DNA of 64,000 bases from an uncultured Myxococcales bacterium (lineage in GTDB: Bacteria > Myxococcota_A > UBA9042 > DTJE01): contig CAIOFV010000069.1 in the NCBI GenBank assembly GCA_903857665.1, positions 10,381 to 74,380 of the forward strand, in the 5' to 3' direction. A model generated the notes under the pieces. The model saw only the letters and a program-made list of their open reading frames with translations. It was not told the origin of the DNA and did not search any database. Made by a program: the position numbers and the translations under genes. Below, one piece after another: positions 37,363-47,027 of the stretch (positions are counted from its first letter, which is position 1; every line of letters begins with the position of its first letter).

Positions 37363-38703
37363 CTAGGATAGAGCCTTCACCGGGGGAGCGTCAAACACCC
37401 ACTCAACCCCATCGCCAACGACCCGCCCCTTCAGGCCGGTCCGCTGGAACAGATCGGCCGAAGGCGACCCAGACGTGAGGGGGAGGACGAGGCGCCGGGA
37501 TACGGACACGCCCTGGATCGACACTTCGCCGTCCTCCTCGACGCGGGCACGCGTGCCCGGAAGGAGGGGCAGCGGTGCATCGACCGAGGGCAGCGATCCG
37601 AGTGCCGCGACCCCGGCAGTGGCGTCGTTCCCGGCGGCTGCCCAGGTGGACACGCCCAGGGCCCGGAGCAGCCGGACGGATTCCGGGTCCGGCCAGTTTC
37701 CGTTGACGACGATGCGGGTGAGCCGTCCACCCACGACGTCCGACAGGCCGACCACCCCCGTTGCGGCCGCCAGTTCCCTCAAGCTCCGGTCGAGGAAGCC
37801 CGGGGGATGATCGCGAAGCCCCTGCCGGAACATCCACCGCGAAAGCCTCCCCGAGGCCCCCTCGGCACGTTCCAGTTCGCCGGCAGCACGGCGGGCCAAC
37901 GATTCCGCGATGGATGCCGGGAACACGCCGATCGACGGGCTGGCCCTCCAAAGGATCTGGAGCGGGTCATCGAGTTCCGGGGCCAGCACCAGTTCCCCGC
38001 CTGACAGCCAGGCCGCCGCAACGCCGGCGGTCCGCTGGAACGCCTCGCGCCATGGGCCCGCCACCCACCAGGTGTCCTCCTCGCCGGCCCCCAGGGCGGC
38101 AGCCACCGCCCGACCCACGCCCAACAGGTTCCGCTGCGTCAGGACACGAGCCTGCGCCGGGTCCAGATCGTCCCCGGAAAGCAGCACCAGGGCGGCCGAG
38201 TCGGGGCCCCCATGCGAAAGCCTGTCTTCCAGCCGCGGGTCGTCGGACCACGGGTCCAGCCGTGATTCGTCGCCCGGGGGCGCCGGCGGCACGGACGGAA
38301 GGGTGCGAGCCTTCAGTCCCGGCCGGGCCTGGCAGGCGAGGTCGACCGCATCCGCGGGCGGCCCGAACACCAGGAGGCGACGGGCCCCCAGGGCCAGGGC
38401 CGCCTCCGCCACCCGGCCCGGATCGGAGGCCAGGGGAACGCGGATCACCAGCGCACCGACTGCCTGCAGCCCGACCTCGGCGAACAGCGCCTCCGGTTCA
38501 TCCCCGGCCCACAGGAGGACCGGCTCGCCTTCGTCCAGGCCTTCGTCCAGCGAGGCAAGGGCAAGAGTCCGCGCCGCCCCCCAGGTGTCCGACCAGGTCC
38601 AGCACAGATCGATTCCGCCAGCCACGCGCCGCAAGGCCGGCTTGGGCCCCAGGGTGCGGGAACGGGTACGTGCGAACATCGGGAGCGAGCGTGGCGGTTC
38701 CAT
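37363..38703 (-). CDS. Hypothetical protein (447 aa); faint resemblance to the C-terminal region of AMP-binding enzymes
   Basis: The frame is open from the ATG at 38701-38703 and overlaps no convincing gene on the other strand. Amino-acid composition is typical of high-GC coding sequence. Lies 30 nt upstream of the His-rich gene. Confidence 0.4.
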   Translation of the reverse strand: MEPPRSLPMFARTRSRTLGPKPALRRVAGGIDLCWTWSDTWGAARTLALASLDEGLDEGEPVLLWAGDEPEALFAEVGLQAVGALVIRVPLASDPGRVAEAALALGARRLLVFGPPADAVDLACQARPGLKARTLPSVPPAPPGDESRLDPWSDDPRLEDRLSHGGPDSAALVLLSGDDLDPAQARVLTQRNLLGVGRAVAAALGAGEEDTWWVAGPWREAFQRTAGVAAAWLSGGELVLAPELDDPLQILWRASPSIGVFPASIAESLARRAAGELERAEGASGRLSRWMFRQGLRDHPPGFLDRSLRELAAATGVVGLSDVVGGRLTRIVVNGNWPDPESVRLLRALGVSTWAAAGNDATAGVAALGSLPSVDAPLPLLPGTRARVEEDGEVSIQGVSVSRRLVLPLTSGSPSADLFQRTGLKGRVVGDGVEWVFDAPPVKALS

Positions 38704-38799
38704 CCGGGCTTCCTTCCGTCCTGCAAGGCCGCTCCCAGCCTTGCCATCCTGGGTTCCCATGTCAAGATCAGAATGGTCCGCGCTGCCCGTGGAGGTCCG

Positions 38800-39801
38800 A
38801 TGACTGCCCCCGACTTCGCGCCCTCGATCCCGCGAGGGTTCCTCGCCGCCGCCCGGGACCGCATGCTGGGGGCCGTGATGGACCCGACGGTGGCGGGTTC
38901 GTTCGGTCGCGGTGGCTTCCTGCGACATGCTCGCGGCTTCGTACCTGGCGACCTCGACGTGGACCTGTCGGGCCGGATCGCGCTGGTGACCGGCGGGCAC
39001 TCGGGCATCGGGAGGGCGGCCGCGGCGGCGCTGGCGGTCCGGGGCGCGGAGGTGCGCCTGCTGGGCCGTGACCTTGCACGGGTGGAGGCCGGCGCGGCGG
39101 AACTGCGGCACGAAACCGGCAGTCCGCACGTTTTCGCCGAACGCCTGGACGTGTCCGACCTGGACGGGATCCGGGAATGGGCGGCAGGCGACGACGCACG
39201 GCCGATCGACATCCTGGTCCACAACGCGGGCGTGATGCCGGATACGCGGACCGAGTCGCCACAGGGACACGAAACGACGCTCGCGACCCACGTGCTGGGG
39301 CCGTTCCTGATGACGCGCCTGCTGCTGCCGCGCGTGCGGGCGGCACGCGACGGCCGCGTGATCTGGGTGTCCTCGGGCGGGATGTACGCCAGGCGCCTTA
39401 GCCTGGCCGACCCCGAATGGCGCACGCGCCCCTGGGACGGCGTCGTGGCGTACGCCGAAACGAAGCGTATGCAGGTGGTGCTGTCGCGCCAATGGGCCAC
39501 GCGCCTGCACGGCACGACCGTCACGTCCAACGCGATGCATCCCGGCTGGGTGGACACCGGGGCCGTCCGGGTGTCCATGCCGCGTTTCCACCGGGTGACG
39601 CGCTCGATCCTCCGCGACGCGGCGCAGGGGGCCGACACGATCGTCTGGCTCGCCGCTTGCAACCGCGTGAAGGGGGTTTCCGGGCGTTTCTGGTTCGACC
39701 GGATGGCCCGCCGCGAGCACTGGCTTCCCGGGACCCGCGAAACGGCCACCGAAGCCGAGGCGCTGTGGGCTTTCTGCGAGCAGGACACCGGAACGGCCTG
39801 A
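38800..39801 (+). CDS. Short-chain dehydrogenase/reductase (SDR) family oxidoreductase
   Basis: TGGHSGIG cofactor motif, NAG motif, and the YxxxK catalytic motif (YAETK). GGAGG ribosome-binding site. Confidence 0.75.
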   Translation: MTAPDFAPSIPRGFLAAARDRMLGAVMDPTVAGSFGRGGFLRHARGFVPGDLDVDLSGRIALVTGGHSGIGRAAAAALAVRGAEVRLLGRDLARVEAGAAELRHETGSPHVFAERLDVSDLDGIREWAAGDDARPIDILVHNAGVMPDTRTESPQGHETTLATHVLGPFLMTRLLLPRVRAARDGRVIWVSSGGMYARRLSLADPEWRTRPWDGVVAYAETKRMQVVLSRQWATRLHGTTVTSNAMHPGWVDTGAVRVSMPRFHRVTRSILRDAAQGADTIVWLAACNRVKGVSGRFWFDRMARREHWLPGTRETATEAEALWAFCEQDTGTA

Positions 39802-39882
39802 ATCCAGCCCCCCGCCTCGACGCATCCTGGGTGCAAAAAGATTCGGCAGTTCGCAATGTTCCGACGTACTTCACCGAAAGGC

Positions 39883-39910
39883 TGGACAAGAATCGCGAGT
39901 TGCCCTATCC
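39883..39910 (+). promoter_or_regulatory. Putative sigma70-type promoter for tRNA-Lys
   Basis: TGGACA - 16 nt - TATCCT, about 20 nt upstream of the mature tRNA 5' end. Confidence 0.35.
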
Positions 39911-39930
39911 TCTGCCCTGCCTTTCGGCGT

Positions 39931-40003
39931 TGGGCCCATAGCTCAATTGGTAGAGCAGCGGACTCTTAATCCGGAGGTTGAAGGTTCGATTCCTTCTGGG
40001 CTC
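39931..40003 (+). tRNA. tRNA-Lys (anticodon CTT)
   Basis: 73 nt. The 7-bp acceptor stem GGGCCCA/TGGGCTC pairs. D-arm GCTCAATTGGTAGAGC. Anticodon loop CTCTTAA with U33 and A37. T-arm GAAGGTTCGATTCCTTC. CCA is not encoded. Confidence 0.9.
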
Positions 40004-40028
40004 ACTGACGTGACGTAGGCACGGAGAA

Positions 40029-40055
40029 GGCGACCGAAAGGTCGCCTTTTTCGTT
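40029..40055 (+). terminator. Rho-independent terminator after tRNA-Lys
   Basis: Perfect 7-bp stem GGCGACC, GAAA tetraloop, GGTCGCC, followed by TTTTTCGTTTT. On the opposite strand only a weak U-tract follows, so termination of the convergent guaA is uncertain. Confidence 0.65.
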
Positions 40056-40064
40056 TTCAGGCCC

Positions 40065-41885
40065 TCATTCCCACTCGATCGTGCCCGGCGGCTTCGACGT
40101 GAGGTCGTAGGCCAGGGCGGACACCCCGGGCAGCACCAGCAGGTCCCTGCGCAGCTCGGCGACCAGCGCCTGCGGCAGGTTGGCCGCCGTGGCCGTCATC
40201 GCCCGCTCGGACTGGATCGGGCGAACCACGACCAGTTCCCGGCCCTTCCCATCGACCGACAGGGGGACCAGCGCGGTCGGGCACTGCCATACCTGGTCGT
40301 AGATGCCGTGGCGCCGCAGGCCGTCCATCACGATGGCGTCGGCCTCCCGGCACAGGTCCAGGCGATCCTTCGTCATCGTGGCCGGCAGGGGCTGCGCGTC
40401 TGCGAACATCTGCGGGCCCAGGTTCCACAGGCACCGGTTGATGCCCTGCACCTGCTTGAGGATCGAGCCGACCGCCTCCTGCAGGCGGTCCCAGGGGAGG
40501 TCGCCCGTCAGCACGACGGGGTGTTCGTAGGACCGCAGGTCCGCCTTCACGCCCACGGATTTGATCGGCAGCACCCGCGCCTCCAGCCCGAACGGCGCCG
40601 CCAGCGCCTGCACCTGGGTCTGCAGGGCGTCGATGCCCGCGCGGTCCGCCTGGCCGTTCGAGCACAGCACCCGCACGCCCAGGCCCGGCCCCGGGAAGGG
40701 GTGGCGCCACAGGGCGTCGTGGGGGATGCCCAGCCGCTCGCCCAGTTCCCGGACCTCGACCTTGTACAGTTCGGACAGCGGCTCGACGACCTTCCCGGCC
40801 TGGATCATGGCCTCGATGATCGGCACCCGGTTGTGGTGCGTCTTGATCGTGTCCGCGCGCCTGGTGGCGCCGGACTCGATGGTGTCCGGATAGATGGTCC
40901 CCTGGCCCAGCAGGTGGCCCTCGATGCCCAGGCGCTTCGCCTCGCGCTCGAACACTGCGACGAACGTGTCGCCGATGATGCGGCGCTTGCGCTCGGGTTC
41001 GACCACGCCTGCCAGCGCGCCCAGGAAGTCGTCGGTGGCGTCGATGAAATGGAGGTTCCTGCCGAGGCCCATTTCCTTGTACATGGTGATGACGGCGGCG
41101 CTTTCGCCCTTGCGCATCAGGCCGTTGTCCACGTGCAGCAGGTGCAGTCGGTCGGCGCCGATGGCCAGGCCGAACAGCTTCGCCGCCACCGTGGAATCCA
41201 CGCCGCCGGAGGCCAGCAGGAACACCGAGTTGTCGCCGACCTGCTTCCGCACGGCCTCGATCTGCTCTTCGAGGTACTGCTCCATGGTCCACGACGGCTT
41301 GCAGCCGCAGATGTCCAGCACGAAATTGGCGATCATCTCGCCGCCGTGGGTCGTGTCGTCCACCTCGGCGTGGTACTGGAAACCGTATCGCTTCAACTTG
41401 TCGGACCCGATCGCGGCGAAGCGGTGCGAGTGGCCACCTTCGCCCAGCGTCGTGTAGCCCAGCTCCTCGAAGTCCGGCCCGACCGACACCACCGAATCGA
41501 AGTGGCTCATGAAGACCTGCTCGACCTCGCCGCAGCCCTTGAACAACGGGTGCGGGCGAGCGATGCGCATGTCGGCGCGGCCCCACTCGCGGCCGCCATG
41601 GATGACGGTGCCGCCGTAGTGCTTGGCGATTTCCTGGTGGCCGAAGCAGAAGCCCAGGATCGGGACGGGCAGGTCGAAGATGGCCTTGGTGAAGTCGTCA
41701 TCCTCACCCTGGGAGGCCAGCGCCGGACTGCCCGACAGGATGACGCCCTTGTAACCCGCGAACTTCTCGATGGGGTCCTCGGGCTGGCGGATTTCCGCCA
41801 GCACGCGGAGCCGCCGGACCTTCGTGGCGATCAAGTGGGCGTACTGCCCGCCGAAGTCGACAACGGCGATGGTGTCGTGCTGCAT
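40065..41885 (-). CDS. guaA: GMP synthase (glutamine-hydrolysing)
   Basis: Glutamine amidotransferase class I domain (GFCFGHQ) plus an ATP-pyrophosphatase P-loop (SGGVDSTV). The ATG at 41885 follows an AGGAGG ribosome-binding site. The track start at 41900 is a TTG. Confidence 0.9.
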   Translation of the reverse strand: MQHDTIAVVDFGGQYAHLIATKVRRLRVLAEIRQPEDPIEKFAGYKGVILSGSPALASQGEDDDFTKAIFDLPVPILGFCFGHQEIAKHYGGTVIHGGREWGRADMRIARPHPLFKGCGEVEQVFMSHFDSVVSVGPDFEELGYTTLGEGGHSHRFAAIGSDKLKRYGFQYHAEVDDTTHGGEMIANFVLDICGCKPSWTMEQYLEEQIEAVRKQVGDNSVFLLASGGVDSTVAAKLFGLAIGADRLHLLHVDNGLMRKGESAAVITMYKEMGLGRNLHFIDATDDFLGALAGVVEPERKRRIIGDTFVAVFEREAKRLGIEGHLLGQGTIYPDTIESGATRRADTIKTHHNRVPIIEAMIQAGKVVEPLSELYKVEVRELGERLGIPHDALWRHPFPGPGLGVRVLCSNGQADRAGIDALQTQVQALAAPFGLEARVLPIKSVGVKADLRSYEHPVVLTGDLPWDRLQEAVGSILKQVQGINRCLWNLGPQMFADAQPLPATMTKDRLDLCREADAIVMDGLRRHGIYDQVWQCPTALVPLSVDGKGRELVVVRPIQSERAMTATAANLPQALVAELRRDLLVLPGVSALAYDLTSKPPGTIEWE

Positions 41886-42020
41886 GGGCACCTCCTGCAA
41901 GCGGGCGACCGGAAGCAGGGTGATACCCTATTTCCGCCACTTCGGGAAGGGTCGGCTTGCCGCGCCCGCCTGGATCCGGGACAATCCCGCGCCGACCCGG
42001 GCAGGGCAGGAGAGACGCGA

Positions 42021-43922
42021 ATGGGGGTTCGGGACACAGTCCAGGGAAGGCCGGAAATCCTGGCCCCCGGCGGAAGCCTCGAGGCCATCGAGGTCGCCGC
42101 GGGCCACGGCGCGGACGCGGTGTATGCCGGCATCGGGACCCTCAACGCGCGCGCCCGGTCCGCCAACCTCACCGAAGCCCAACTGCCCGGGGTGATCGAC
42201 TTCCTTCATGGTTCGGGCACGAGGCTGTATGTCCCCATCAATGTGCCGCTGCGACCCGAAGACCGCGAGGAAACGGCGCGCGTGCTGGCCCTGTGCGAAG
42301 CCGGCGGCGTCGATGCGGTGATCCTGCGGGACCCGGCGTTGATGCGGCTGTGCCGCGACCGGTTCCCCGCCCTCGCGATCCACGCCAGCACCCAGGCCGG
42401 CGTCCATTCCGTCGAAACCGCCCGGCGGGCGGCCGAACTGGGCTGCCGACGGGTGATCCTGGCCCGTGAATGCAGCCGCGACGACATCGCCCGGATCCGC
42501 GACGCCCTGCCGGACCTCGAGGTGGAGGTCTTCGTCTTCGGCGCGCAGTGCTTCGCGGTGTCGGGGCTGTGCCTGCTGGGCGAGGCGACCACCGGCCGCT
42601 CCGGGAACTACGGCGCGTGCTCGCAGGCCTGCCGGCTGCCGTACACGGACGAGTCCGGCCGGAACGTCGGGCATCCCTTCAGCATGAAGGACCTGGACCT
42701 GGTCGGGGACGTGCAGGCCCTGGTGGACCTGGGCGTGGCGGCGCTGAAGATCGAGGGCCGCATGAAGTCGCCCGCGTGGGTCGGATGCGTGGTTTCGTGG
42801 CTGCGAAAGGCCGTGGACCGGCCGATCCCCGGCCTGTCGTCGGAGGAGCTGGACGCGTTCCACCGCGACGTGTCGGTGCTGTTTTCGAGGCCTCGGACCG
42901 GCGGGTTCTTCCACGGGCGCACGGACGCCGCCGATCAGATCGACGTCGATGCGCCCGGCCACCGGGGATGCGACGTGGGCGACGTGAGGACGCGATCGAC
43001 GCCCGAGGGCCAGATCCTGTGCTTCCGGACGCCCGTGGACCTGAACATCCGGGACGGGTTGCTGCTGGAGCTCTCCCCCGAGCGCGGAGGCAGAGGCGAC
43101 GGGTTTGCCAAGGAAACGCTCGCCGGAGGCGGAGCCGCCTCGGGTGCCTCCAGAACCCATGCCCCGGAAGCACCGGGCGGCATCGAGTTCGTGCCGCTGG
43201 GCATCCGGGAGCTGTTCGACGAGCAGCGTCGCCCCGCGATGCGGCTGCCCGCCGGGAGGAACGTGGAAATCCCAGTCGATGTCCGTCGGCCCGTCGCCCG
43301 GGTCGCAATCCACTCGTCCGACGGCGTCCGGGTCCGCTACGACCGCGTCGATCGCCGCGTGCCGGGAACGGTCGTCGAGGGCCACCCCCCAACACCGCGG
43401 TTCGAGGCGGTCGAGATCCGGGCCGACCGGATCCGGGCCACCCTGTCCCGGGGGCGCGTGCGCCGCGTGCTGGAACTGCCCGTCGCGTCCCAGCCCGCCC
43501 GGGGCGAGGGCCTGTCGTGTTCCCGGCTGCAGAAGCATTTCGGCGACGCAGCCTACGACCTGGATCCGGGCCTGTTCGTGAACCCGTCGGACCTGAAGCA
43601 GGTGCGGCGGGCGATGGAGGCGTCCTTCGAGGCCGAAGTGGCGGCATCCGTGGCCGCGAAGGCCCGCGAGGCCATCGAAGCGCTGGTCGCGGATCCGCAG
43701 CCGCCGCCGCGGACCGACGCCGAACTGCTGGCGAAGGGCCCTGCCGCGATCAGCCGCGTGACGGGCATGGGAGGCAGGATCATCGTCGCCCCGAACGGGA
43801 CCCGGTTCGAACTGGTGCCGACGGCCACGGGCACGACGGTGCGCCTGGCGAGCGCTGGATTCCGCAAGCCCGACGCCCCTCCCGACGGCCCCGATGCGGA
43901 TCCCGCAGAATCGCCCGATTGA
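42021..43922 (+). CDS. Peptidase U32 family protein, long form (RlhA/YdcP-like, about 633 aa)
   Basis: U32 core (VDAVILRDPAL, ALKIEGRMKSP and conserved Cys residues) followed by a C-terminal extension of about 250 aa. AGGAGA ribosome-binding site. Confidence 0.75.
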   Translation: MGVRDTVQGRPEILAPGGSLEAIEVAAGHGADAVYAGIGTLNARARSANLTEAQLPGVIDFLHGSGTRLYVPINVPLRPEDREETARVLALCEAGGVDAVILRDPALMRLCRDRFPALAIHASTQAGVHSVETARRAAELGCRRVILARECSRDDIARIRDALPDLEVEVFVFGAQCFAVSGLCLLGEATTGRSGNYGACSQACRLPYTDESGRNVGHPFSMKDLDLVGDVQALVDLGVAALKIEGRMKSPAWVGCVVSWLRKAVDRPIPGLSSEELDAFHRDVSVLFSRPRTGGFFHGRTDAADQIDVDAPGHRGCDVGDVRTRSTPEGQILCFRTPVDLNIRDGLLLELSPERGGRGDGFAKETLAGGGAASGASRTHAPEAPGGIEFVPLGIRELFDEQRRPAMRLPAGRNVEIPVDVRRPVARVAIHSSDGVRVRYDRVDRRVPGTVVEGHPPTPRFEAVEIRADRIRATLSRGRVRRVLELPVASQPARGEGLSCSRLQKHFGDAAYDLDPGLFVNPSDLKQVRRAMEASFEAEVAASVAAKAREAIEALVADPQPPPRTDAELLAKGPAAISRVTGMGGRIIVAPNGTRFELVPTATGTTVRLASAGFRKPDAPPDGPDADPAESPD

Positions 43923-43995
43923 AGGGCATCGCCCCCCGCGCTAGACTACCGCCGCGTTGGCCATCGACGGCCGATGACAGCAAGGAGGCTTCCCC

Positions 43996-44745
43996 ATGTA
44001 CAAGCTGGTCCTCGTTCGCCATGGCGAAAGTTCCTGGAACATGGAAAACCGGTTCACGGGCTGGACCGACGTCGATCTGTCCGCGAAGGGCCTGGAAGAG
44101 GCGCAGCGCGCCGGCAAGACCCTGAAGGACATGGGCTTCGTCTTCGACGTGGCGTACACGTCGGTCCTGAAGCGCGCGATCCGCACCCTGTGGTTCGTGC
44201 TGGACGCGATGGACCTGATGTGGATCCCCGTGTACCGCCGGTGGCGCCTGAACGAGCGTCACTACGGCGCGCTGCAGGGCCTCAACAAGGCCGAAACGGC
44301 GGCGCTGCACGGCGAGGACCAGGTCAAGAGCTGGCGGCGCTCGTACGACATCCCGCCGCCGCCCCTGGACGTGACCGACCCGCGCTTCCCAGGCTTCGAC
44401 CCGCGGTACGCCGACCTGAAACCCGAGGAGCTTCCGAGGTCCGAGGCCCTGAAGGACACCGTCGCGCGCTTCCTGCCCCTGTGGCACGAGGAAATCGCCC
44501 CGGCCATCAAGTCCGGCAAGCGCGTCCTGATCGCCGCCCACGGCAACAGCATCCGGGCGCTGGTGAAGTTCCTGGACAACGTGTCCGACGCGGACATCGT
44601 CGAACTGAACATCCCGACGGGCATCCCGCTGCTGTACGAACTGGACGCCGACCTGAAGCCCATCCGCCACGAGTACCTGGCCGACCCGGAGCTGGTGAAG
44701 GCCCAGATGGACGCCGTCGCGAAGCAGGGTGCGAAGAAGGCCTAG
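43996..44745 (+). CDS. gpmA: 2,3-bisphosphoglycerate-dependent phosphoglycerate mutase
   Basis: [12 protein letters not shown] phosphohistidine motif with collinear similarity across the full length. AAGGAGG ribosome-binding site. Confidence 0.9.
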   Translation: MYKLVLVRHGESSWNMENRFTGWTDVDLSAKGLEEAQRAGKTLKDMGFVFDVAYTSVLKRAIRTLWFVLDAMDLMWIPVYRRWRLNERHYGALQGLNKAETAALHGEDQVKSWRRSYDIPPPPLDVTDPRFPGFDPRYADLKPEELPRSEALKDTVARFLPLWHEEIAPAIKSGKRVLIAAHGNSIRALVKFLDNVSDADIVELNIPTGIPLLYELDADLKPIRHEYLADPELVKAQMDAVAKQGAKKA

Positions 44746-44759
44746 GCTGTCCGGGGTCG

Positions 44760-45860
44760 TCAGGTCAGCGCCAGGTCGGTGAACTGCACGAATTTCATGT
44801 ACCGCGTCACGATGCCCGGACTGCCCCCCTCGTCGATCGAAAGGACGCGCAGCAGGAGCCCCGGGCCCGGCTCGACTTCCTCGGCCTGCGCCTCGAGGAG
44901 GCGGCATCGGCACTCGACCTGGGAGGACCCGCGCCGGACCGGGATGTCGAACTGCAGCCTCAGATCGGCCTCGCGGTTCATCGGCACGAACGCCGTCTGC
45001 ACGAACACCCGAACTTCGCCGAGCTGCCGCAAGGTGACGGACAGCTTTTCGTCCCCCAGGATGAGCGCGCCATGCAGCGAAACCGGGACGTCCTCGCGGG
45101 CGACCATCGCCGAAACCGGGCCCGAGTCGCGCTTCGCCGGGGGCGCTTCCGGCCCCGTGGTTTCCCGCGTCGGCGTGCCGTCGCGTTCGAGGGCAATGAC
45201 CTTCACTTCGAGGGCGTCGAGGTCCCGGGACGTCACCTCCAACCGGTCGGCGCCCAGCGCCACCGCATCGAAGGGGTCGGGGATTTCCACTTCGACAGGC
45301 GGAGCCGGCGGGCGCCTGGGCGGCACCGGTGATGGCGTCTGGAAGAGCCTGGCGGGGTCCTGGGATTTCTGCAGTTCCCGTGAAGGCGCGGTGGTTTCAC
45401 CCGACCACGGGACCGGCGCAACGGAATGCGCCGCGATCGAGCCGAACGAGAAGACGCTCCGCTCGGTCCCGCGAGGGCCCGAAGCCTCCCGCCGGATCGT
45501 CGGCGACTGGATCCCGAAGACGGAATCGAGGAATCGCGCAAGGTCCTCGGGGGGGGCGATCGTGACCGCCTTTTCCCAGGCCAGCGCGATCCCCTCGATC
45601 GGCTCGGGCTGGATCCGCACCACCCGCCCGAACAGGAACGTCGTCTGCAACACCTGGGGATGGCGTAGGAAGACCACTCCAACCAGGGCGCCCGGAGACA
45701 CGGCGCGGGCGCGGGTCATCCGCACGAAGGATCCGCTGGCACTGATGTCCAGCGTGCGTGCGTCTACACGGACGCCGTCGATATAGCAGTGGACCTCCTG
45801 GGACAGCGGTTGACGCGGGAATTCACGGCGCTCGACCATCACAGGCAGGCTCCACACCAT
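44760..45860 (-). CDS. PilZ-domain protein (putative c-di-GMP receptor)
   Basis: N-terminal RREFPRQPL...DISASGSFV carries the RxxxR / DxSxxG PilZ motifs. A second, degenerate PilZ-like segment lies at the C-terminus. Confidence 0.6.
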   Translation of the reverse strand: MVWSLPVMVERREFPRQPLSQEVHCYIDGVRVDARTLDISASGSFVRMTRARAVSPGALVGVVFLRHPQVLQTTFLFGRVVRIQPEPIEGIALAWEKAVTIAPPEDLARFLDSVFGIQSPTIRREASGPRGTERSVFSFGSIAAHSVAPVPWSGETTAPSRELQKSQDPARLFQTPSPVPPRRPPAPPVEVEIPDPFDAVALGADRLEVTSRDLDALEVKVIALERDGTPTRETTGPEAPPAKRDSGPVSAMVAREDVPVSLHGALILGDEKLSVTLRQLGEVRVFVQTAFVPMNREADLRLQFDIPVRRGSSQVECRCRLLEAQAEEVEPGPGLLLRVLSIDEGGSPGIVTRYMKFVQFTDLALT

Positions 45861-46114
45861 AACGTGTCAAGTATCATCGGCCAGCGACGTGCGCAAGCGC
45901 AGTCCGATCAAAACGAAGAGAAACCCGATCGGAATCCCGGCAACACGCGCGATATTCCGCCAGCCCGTGCGAATCCGCACGCCAGCCTCTTGTCGAGGCC
46001 GGCATCCGTGTGGGAACGCACGGGGCCGTCGCCAGCCCAGGCATCCCGGCGACACCCCGTAACCGGTCCTGGATGCACCCGTTTCGGGGTTCGACACCCC
46101 GGGGCGGCATCGTC

Positions 46115-46130
46115 TGGCATGGCTCGTGCT
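46115..46130 (+). promoter_or_regulatory. Candidate sigma54 -24/-12 element upstream of the LolA-like / DUF1302 / MMPL cluster
   Basis: TGGCAT-GGCTC-GTGCT, a GG-N10-GC arrangement, 145 nt upstream of the ATG at 46275. Confidence 0.3.
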
Positions 46131-46274
46131 GAAGTCAGGCAACCAGCGGGGGTGCGGCCCCGGAAGAAACTTTGCATATTCGGGAGATCGATGGCAAATG
46201 GGGGACGAAGCGGTACGGTCCCCATGAGGCCGACGCGAACCGGGCCGCGACCCAGTCCAGGAAGGAGGCAGAAC

Positions 46275-47027
46275 ATGCGTCGAGTACCCTTGACCCTTCT
46301 GGCAGCATTCATCGCCGTGGCGGCGGCGGTCCCGAGGGCCGCCCACGCCGAGACCGCGGACGAGATCCTGGCCAAGGCCGACAAGCTGACCAACGGCTGG
46401 GACGACCAGTACATGAAATCGACGATGACGATCATCGACATCGACGGCAGCAAGAAGTCCTACATCTTTTCCATCGCCCAGAAGGGCGAAAAGCGCCTGG
46501 TCCGCTTCGAGTCGGGCGAGTTGAAGGGAATGGCGACGCTGATCCTGAACCGGGACAGCGTGTACGCCTACCTTCCCGGCTTCAAGAAGGTCCGGCGCGT
46601 GGCCGCCCACAACATGAACCAGTCCTTCGCGGGTTCCGACTTCAGCAACGACGACATGGCGTTCACGTCGTGGACGAACTCCTACGTCGCCACGATCGAC
46701 CACGAGGACGCGGACCACTGGTTCCTGTCCTGCCTGCCGCGGCCCGGCGGCGTCAAGCCCCCGCACCCGAAGGCGATCGCCAAGATCGACAAGAAGAACT
46801 ACCAGTTGATGGGCTACGAGTTCTTCGACGAGGCCGGCAAGAAGGTCAAGACGTTCGACAACAACGACCTGACCGACTGGGGCGGCGGCAAGTTCCGAAA
46901 CAAGATCATCGTCGTCACAGACAACCAGACCGGCCACAAGACCCGCCTGGACCTGATCGAGGCGAAGTTCAACGACGGGATCAAGGATTCCCTGTTCACC
47001 GAGCGCGAACTGGAGTGGGGCAAATGA
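46275..47027 (+). CDS. LolA-like outer-membrane lipoprotein-sorting-family protein
   Basis: Signal peptide (AAAVPRAAHA) and an open beta-barrel, LolA-like fold of about 250 aa. AGGAAGGAGG ribosome-binding site. This family typically partners with MMPL/RND exporters. Confidence 0.6.
   Translation: MRRVPLTLLAAFIAVAAAVPRAAHAETADEILAKADKLTNGWDDQYMKSTMTIIDIDGSKKSYIFSIAQKGEKRLVRFESGELKGMATLILNRDSVYAYLPGFKKVRRVAAHNMNQSFAGSDFSNDDMAFTSWTNSYVATIDHEDADHWFLSCLPRPGGVKPPHPKAIAKIDKKNYQLMGYEFFDEAGKKVKTFDNNDLTDWGGGKFRNKIIVVTDNQTGHKTRLDLIEAKFNDGIKDSLFTERELEWGK

Noticed and set aside
38704-39825. Upstream part of the 820-aa minus ORF
   Set aside because: Antisense to the SDR gene. Only 37363..38703 is retained, and even that is low confidence.
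40308-42020. 5' 570 codons of the 1204-aa plus ORF
   Set aside because: Antisense to guaA. The genuine U32 peptidase begins at the ATG at 42021, which has a ribosome-binding site.
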